From IMG/VR virus record IMGVR_UViG_3300050821_005889: a stretch of DNA of 64,000 bases. The stretch is one strand, 5' to 3'. Below are positions 58,890 to 64,000 of the stretch, in pieces; within the stretch, counting starts at the first letter, position 1; every line of letters begins with the position of its first letter. This DNA is from a virus. Both the position numbers and the translations under genes were made by a program. The notes below the pieces were generated by a model. That model did not search any database and was not told where the DNA came from. It saw nothing but the letters and a program-made list of their open reading frames with translations.

Positions 58890-60968
58890 ATGAAGAAGAC
58901 AGTAGGATTAGTACTTGCGATAATATTAGCCTTGATGTTTGTGCTCAGTGCCGGGGCGCAAACAAAACCAATTTCATTTCATTATCATGAACGCCGCGTA
59001 ACAGTAAGGCACAAAGGAATAGAATCATTTACACATCCATCGTATCCCGGATATAGGTTTGTGGTGGATTCGGATAGGGTTTATAAAGGTATAGCTATTG
59101 ATAAATTTCACCACAGGGCTATGCGTATGATATATTTATCAAAAGGGAAGGATTCAATTGCATGGCTCCCTATTGATATTCAAAAGGTTCTATGTGATAA
59201 AATGGCTACACCCCCAATGCCAATGCAGTCACCACCTGTTACCATACCGGGTATTGTTCCTTCATTGCAATCCTTGCCGGGATGTCCTTATGTTCTTTAT
59301 ATGAATTTCAGTGGCGGCAGAATTTATAATATAAATTGGTGCGACACTGCCTTTACTTGTGCTGCTGCACAATTGACAACAGCTCAGATTATAGAAACAT
59401 GGGCTCGCGTAGCAGAGAAATACAGGTTGTTCAATGTAAATATAACAACGGATTCAAATGTTTATAATGCTGCGAAGTATAAAGGGTATTGTATGATAAC
59501 CCCTACATGGCAATGGTATGGGGAGCTACCTGGTGGAGTTTCTTTTGTAGGTGCAGGATGGAATCTTATTGCATACAACCCATGTTTCAGTTTTACTACA
59601 GGGCTTGCTAATACACCTCAGTATATAGCAGAGGCTACCGCGCATGAGTTTGGACATTTGATACCTGGGTTTATTCATCACGGACAATTTAATTCGTCCT
59701 GTGTTAATATTAATCAATACAATCAAGGCCACGGCTCAGGCATAAATGGCTGGGCTCCTATTATGGGTAGCGGGTATGGCTTCCAATGGGATTTGTGGGC
59801 GGATTCTGCCACTACAGCAGCTACCTGTTATTTACAGCCACAACATGATTACAAACAGGCAAATAGCAATGGGCTTACTTATAGGGTAGACGACATAGGC
59901 AATAATATAAATACAGCAAGGGCTGAAACGATAATCAATAATTCCTTTTCTGATAGTGGTGTAATTACTCCGGGGGATACCGATGTACTTAAGATTAGCA
60001 CAACAGGAGGGTCATTAACAGTAAATGTTAATCCGTGGTCATGGAATGGCTCCGGCACATGCCTGCTCCCAAAGATGGTTATAAAGAACAGTGCAGGACA
60101 AATTATTAGTATTGATACACCTAATACCATTGGTATAACACGGACTATTACCGGCTTGCCATCCGGGTCTTATTATGTTTTTATTACCGGCAGGTATCTT
60201 ATATCATGGCTTGATTACGGGTATAAATTAATTCCGACAGCAGGACAATTTTACATTACCGGAACCATTACACAAACAGCGCAACCTCCAGTAATCCAGG
60301 TAAACAATTCATCTATATGCAAAGGACAGACAACAACACTGATAGTGAGCGGAGGCTCCAGCTATTCGTGGACGCCGGGGACAGGGTTGTCCGCGACCAG
60401 TGGGGCAACCATATTAGCGTCACCTACTGTCACTACTACCTATACTATCGTTGGGACGGGGTCGAATGGGTTGAGCGGCTCAACCACCTCCATAGTTACA
60501 ATCAATCCCCCACCGACCATAACGACATCTCCATCCTCACAAACAATTAGTGCAGGTAAGACTGCGCAGATAGTTGCTTCGGGTGCAAGCGTTTATTCCT
60601 GGAGCCCAACAGGGCTCACGGGGTCAGACGTAACAGTTTCTCCTGCGATAAGTACAACTTATACAGTTACAGGAACCAGTAGTACCGGGTGTACTTCTAC
60701 CTCTACTGCGATAGTAGATGTGACTACAACAAGCTGTGCTACCCCTGTAACAACATTAAAGTTTAATACAGCAAACAGAACAAGCGCCCTGCTTCAATTC
60801 CCTGACAATGGAGCGTGTAGTTACACCGGAACAATCACTCCTGCCGGTGGAATTGTAACAATTCAAAAGAGCAGTCCTAACCAGGTGCATGTGACAGGAT
60901 TAAAGACCCAGACTTTATACACCCTGACTATCAATGGCGGGGTGCCGGTTCAATTTAAAACGCAGTAA
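58890..60968 (+). CDS. secreted HExxH zinc metalloprotease with tandem Ig-like repeats
   Basis: The ATG at 58890 gives MKKTVGLVLAIILALMFVLSAGAQ, a signal peptide. Zinc site AHEFGHLIPGFIHH at nt 59644..59658 onward. Two repeats of about 80 aa (...SYSWTPGTGL...TTTYTIVGT / ...VYSWSPTGL...STTYTVTGT), then an FN3-like end. Confidence 0.6.
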   Translation: MKKTVGLVLAIILALMFVLSAGAQTKPISFHYHERRVTVRHKGIESFTHPSYPGYRFVVDSDRVYKGIAIDKFHHRAMRMIYLSKGKDSIAWLPIDIQKVLCDKMATPPMPMQSPPVTIPGIVPSLQSLPGCPYVLYMNFSGGRIYNINWCDTAFTCAAAQLTTAQIIETWARVAEKYRLFNVNITTDSNVYNAAKYKGYCMITPTWQWYGELPGGVSFVGAGWNLIAYNPCFSFTTGLANTPQYIAEATAHEFGHLIPGFIHHGQFNSSCVNINQYNQGHGSGINGWAPIMGSGYGFQWDLWADSATTAATCYLQPQHDYKQANSNGLTYRVDDIGNNINTARAETIINNSFSDSGVITPGDTDVLKISTTGGSLTVNVNPWSWNGSGTCLLPKMVIKNSAGQIISIDTPNTIGITRTITGLPSGSYYVFITGRYLISWLDYGYKLIPTAGQFYITGTITQTAQPPVIQVNNSSICKGQTTTLIVSGGSSYSWTPGTGLSATSGATILASPTVTTTYTIVGTGSNGLSGSTTSIVTINPPPTITTSPSSQTISAGKTAQIVASGASVYSWSPTGLTGSDVTVSPAISTTYTVTGTSSTGCTSTSTAIVDVTTTSCATPVTTLKFNTANRTSALLQFPDNGACSYTGTITPAGGIVTIQKSSPNQVHVTGLKTQTLYTLTINGGVPVQFKTQ

Positions 60969-61018
60969 TATTTTAAAGGTGATTAACAAAACAATTATCT
61001 GGGCATAATCAACAAACC

Positions 61019-61026
61019 TAATTTTG
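61019..61026 (+). promoter_or_regulatory. -7 box TAATTTTG, 4 nt from the ATG
   Basis: TAATTTTG-TCAC-ATG(61031). Confidence 0.35.
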
Positions 61027-61030
61027 TCAC

Positions 61031-61759
61031 ATGGCACATTTCCAGGCAAGCCTTACTGAAAATAATATCCCGGCAATAAGCCTTGACGCAACGACCGGGA
61101 TTATAACTTTTGTGGACTCCTCAAACTACGGAGCTAACACAGACCCTGGGCATACCCTTTCTAACTTTTCGGTTTACAGGCGTTTTGTGGTACTTGATTT
61201 TAATAATGTTGCCACAGTATATGATGCAGAAGGAAATGGAGGGGTTACAATTCAGCCTCCATCTACAGCTCCCGATAGCGGTAATGACCCACAGACCTAT
61301 CAGACTGATGGGGATGGAGTTTATACTGTAACATTATATACTGTTCCGGTTTATAATTCCGGTGTATCCTATAGCCTGGGAGACCAGGTTTGGTACGCTG
61401 GAAGTTTTTACAACAGTCTTCAAAATTCAAATAGTGCCAATACTCCGGGCTCTGCCCCTTCATGGTGGTCTTTGCTTGGTGCTGATGCTTCTGCTACCAA
61501 TCCAGACTTCCTGTCTTCCAAGTACCGGGTGTGGATTAATTTTTCTATTACTACAGCTCTTATCAATTGCTGGATGAATGCAGTGGTTAGTGCAGCTAAT
61601 GTACAATACAGTTCTCTCAATCCATGCAAGAACGAGGATATGATGAGGGCAAACCAGATGGACATGATACTGACTGCCATTAACATCAATGCCACTAATG
61701 GGAAATGGGATGAAGTGACGGCTCTTATTACACAAGCTCAATCAATTTGTAACTGCTAA
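61031..61759 (+). CDS. hypothetical virion-module protein (242 aa)
   Basis: ATG at 61031. Confidence 0.65.
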   Translation: MAHFQASLTENNIPAISLDATTGIITFVDSSNYGANTDPGHTLSNFSVYRRFVVLDFNNVATVYDAEGNGGVTIQPPSTAPDSGNDPQTYQTDGDGVYTVTLYTVPVYNSGVSYSLGDQVWYAGSFYNSLQNSNSANTPGSAPSWWSLLGADASATNPDFLSSKYRVWINFSITTALINCWMNAVVSAANVQYSSLNPCKNEDMMRANQMDMILTAININATNGKWDEVTALITQAQSICNC

Positions 61760-62040
61760 TGCCAACCCAGGTACAATATAGCGGACTCACCTTTGCACAA
61801 CAGGTATCTATTGTGGATGGCTGTTATGCAGACAGGTTCTCACAATATATATGCGACCCATGCAGGGCTATCAAGTGCTGCAGTGATGAATGCTTTTGGG
61901 AACTAAGATGGTTGCAGATGGTAGTGAAGGTTCTCAGTCAGGGGACAGTTCAGAATACACTTACTGAACAACAGCTCCAGGCCATGATAGCCGATACAGA
62001 GTGTTTAAATTTTATTCCAGCTTCATTAAATGGCTCTTAG
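61759..62040 (+). CDS. hypothetical Cys-rich protein (93 aa)
   Basis: TAATG overlap with the upstream gene. Confidence 0.55.
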   Translation: MPTQVQYSGLTFAQQVSIVDGCYADRFSQYICDPCRAIKCCSDECFWELRWLQMVVKVLSQGTVQNTLTEQQLQAMIADTECLNFIPASLNGS

Positions 62041-63561
62041 ATGAATCAATGTTTTAATCCTTTACAGTTTCAGAGTGGCAGTCCACTACCCCCGGTTACA
62101 ACCAGCGAGGTGACATGGAATGGCGGAGCCCTGAACTTTTTGGGATTCAACGACGGAGCTAATTATAACAATATAGGACTTGCTATAGATGCGGCTCTTC
62201 AAACTTTAACTACAGCCCTCTCAGGTTCTACATGGAACTATACGCAGATAACCAGCAATGCCGCTATTACTAATGGGGGTCTTACTATTAATTCAGGTAC
62301 CCGGCTTGATAATGCTTTCTCGCAGGTGCTTGGATATATAGGTACAATTAATACTACTATATCAGGCTTAGGGCTTACTTCTATAGCCGGTGGGACATTT
62401 GCCAATATCACAGGTAGCCCTTTTGCAACTCTTAATGCGATTATTACAGGGCTTAATACGGATATAGGGACATTAAAGACAGCAGTGGCTCCTATAGGTA
62501 CCTTTGAAACTACAGCCGATGTAATATCAAGGGAGTCAGACCATTTTGTAAACTTTATAGTAGCTTCCGGGTTGGGGCAATCTTCTACCGGGTTGAGTTA
62601 TACTATAGCTGCCGGTACCGGATACGTAGGAGGGGTAAGGTTAACTATAACTTCTGCAACAGGAGCGCTTACAGCCACTTCTGACAACTATCTTTATTTG
62701 CAAAACAATAGCGGGACAGGAACTATTATTCCGGTAGCCGTTCCTATTAGCGGGTCTCCAACACCGCCTTCCAATTCTATTGTTCTTTGGAAGCTGACCA
62801 CTAATGGTTCTGCGGTAACAGCCGTTGCAGACCTGCGTAATTTCAGGTACCTGGCAGCAGGTCAGTTTAATCCAAGCGATATAGGCTCAGGCGACATAAC
62901 TTCTGCTATGCTTGCTAACACAGCAGTTACAGCAGGCTCTTATGTAGCAGCAAACATTACTGTCAATGCACAGGGGCAAATAACAGCCGCCTCCAGTATC
63001 TTCAATATCACATCAGTAACTAACGGGCAATTATTACAATATAACTCTACAGCAACCGCCTGGGAGAATGTCAATCTTATTGGCTCCGGCGGTTTATTCC
63101 CAACAGGAACTAACGGCCAGTTCCCGGTATATAATGGCTCCGGCGGATTTACAGCTACCACTATAACTTCATCCAACCTGTCAGACTTCAACCTTACATC
63201 ACCTGCTAATTTTGCAAGGTTGACTTATGATACCGCTACCAGTAAGATTATATTCCGCAATGAGTTCAACAGGGTTACCCTAACAGGAACCGCTACACTT
63301 ACTATAGAACAGACCCTGGCAGCAGTTAATACAACGAGTGCCGCCTTTACATTAACACTTCCCGCCGCCAGTACTTTCCCGGTAGGGGTAATGTATATCA
63401 TTAAAGATGAGGGTTATGATTGCGCTACCCACAACCTGACCATAGCTATACAGTCCGGTGATAAGTGGAATAATGGCAGCGTTGGCGTGGGTACGACCAT
63501 GAGTTCTAACGGACAGGTTATAAAATTCTACAGCGACGGCTCTGCATTTCATTTGGTGTAA
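62041..63561 (+). CDS. tail-fibre-like protein
   Basis: 506 aa. Contains ITSAMLANTAVTAGSYVAANITVNAQGQITAASS, a fibre-type motif. Thr/Ser/Gly/Asn-rich. Confidence 0.6.
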   Translation: MNQCFNPLQFQSGSPLPPVTTSEVTWNGGALNFLGFNDGANYNNIGLAIDAALQTLTTALSGSTWNYTQITSNAAITNGGLTINSGTRLDNAFSQVLGYIGTINTTISGLGLTSIAGGTFANITGSPFATLNAIITGLNTDIGTLKTAVAPIGTFETTADVISRESDHFVNFIVASGLGQSSTGLSYTIAAGTGYVGGVRLTITSATGALTATSDNYLYLQNNSGTGTIIPVAVPISGSPTPPSNSIVLWKLTTNGSAVTAVADLRNFRYLAAGQFNPSDIGSGDITSAMLANTAVTAGSYVAANITVNAQGQITAASSIFNITSVTNGQLLQYNSTATAWENVNLIGSGGLFPTGTNGQFPVYNGSGGFTATTITSSNLSDFNLTSPANFARLTYDTATSKIIFRNEFNRVTLTGTATLTIEQTLAAVNTTSAAFTLTLPAASTFPVGVMYIIKDEGYDCATHNLTIAIQSGDKWNNGSVGVGTTMSSNGQVIKFYSDGSAFHLV

Positions 63562-63615
63562 AACTTTATTTGTTTAATTGTTGGCGGTGTGTATTTTTAC
63601 CACTAAACAACACTC

Positions 63616-64000
63616 ATGCAATTAACATACGACGACATTGGAGTAACAGGAAATATCCTTGACGCACTTGGTTCTGTTCCATCAGAGATAGCCGGTGATG
63701 TCATTCTCTGTAAGATGGATATAATAGACCATTACAATAAGTATAAGGAGTTCAAGAAAGAAATTGTTTCCAAGTATGCCATCAGGGATGAGAAAGGGAT
63801 TTATAAAATGAAACACAATGATGGTACCGGTCAGGACGAGATTGACTTCGGGGAAAATAAAAAAGATGTAGACGATGTTTGGGAGAAGTTCTTAAAAAAG
63901 AAAGTGGATGTAAAGATAACCTCTTCTATACCCACATCAAAGCTGGCGGCAGGGTTAGCCAAAATAGGAGTACCTCCTAACCAGCTTGAACCATTGTTCG
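63616..64000 (+). CDS. hypothetical protein, 5' fragment (runs off window)
   Basis: ATG at 63616. Open to the window end (MQLTYDDIGVTGNILDALGSVPSEIAGDV...). Confidence 0.55.
   Translation, partial: MQLTYDDIGVTGNILDALGSVPSEIAGDVILCKMDIIDHYNKYKEFKKEIVSKYAIRDEKGIYKMKHNDGTGQDEIDFGENKKDVDDVWEKFLKKKVDVKITSSIPTSKLAAGLAKIGVPPNQLEPLF

Overview
This window is a contiguous piece of a tailed dsDNA phage genome. The host is probably in Bacteroidota: promoters match the -33 TTTG / -7 TAnnTTTG pattern, there are no Shine-Dalgarno sequences, leaders are A-rich, and one protein carries Ig-like repeats typical of Bacteroidota surface proteins.

The genes form four alternating transcription blocks:
- (1) 1..18003, minus strand: about 55 small, mostly unknown early-type genes joined by ATGA/TAATG overlaps. 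Recognisable products are an SSB-like protein, a ParB-like protein, and an isonitrile-synthase (PvcA/IsnA/Dit1-like) plus 3-His cupin pair.
- (2) 18004..19554: a 1.55-kb ORF-free divergent control region. It has an AT-rich part, a dense array of TACC-core iterons, GGTNACC palindromes and GC-rich hairpins.
- (3) 19555..45398, plus strand: winged-helix initiator-like proteins, a MazG-like protein, then a morphogenesis module. That module holds a scaffold-like protein, the putative major capsid protein, a homing-endonuclease-like insert and two giant ORFs of 1702 and 1758 aa.
- (4) 45395..54759, minus strand: a lysis cassette, tail fibres, small regulators, a RuvC-like resolvase and an HNH endonuclease.
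- (5) 54935..64000, plus strand: tRNA-Met(CAU), an Ig-like protein, an HTH regulator, a portal-like protein, a secreted HExxH metalloprotease and tail-fibre-like proteins.

No terminase large subunit, DNA polymerase, integrase, CRISPR array or reverse transcriptase is visible, so the genome extends beyond the window.

The most notable candidate system is the phage-borne isonitrile synthase + CDO-like cupin pair at 8123..10001. Other items worth follow-up:
- the iteron-rich non-coding region;
- a 400-bp cluster of non-canonical tRNA-like elements;
- seven genes whose -7 promoter box sits only 4-6 nt from the ATG, suggesting leaderless mRNAs;
- a recurrent AACTAACTAAAC leader motif;
- a duplicated intergenic element;
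- several small paralogue families.

All family assignments come from motif recognition by eye. No database search was run.
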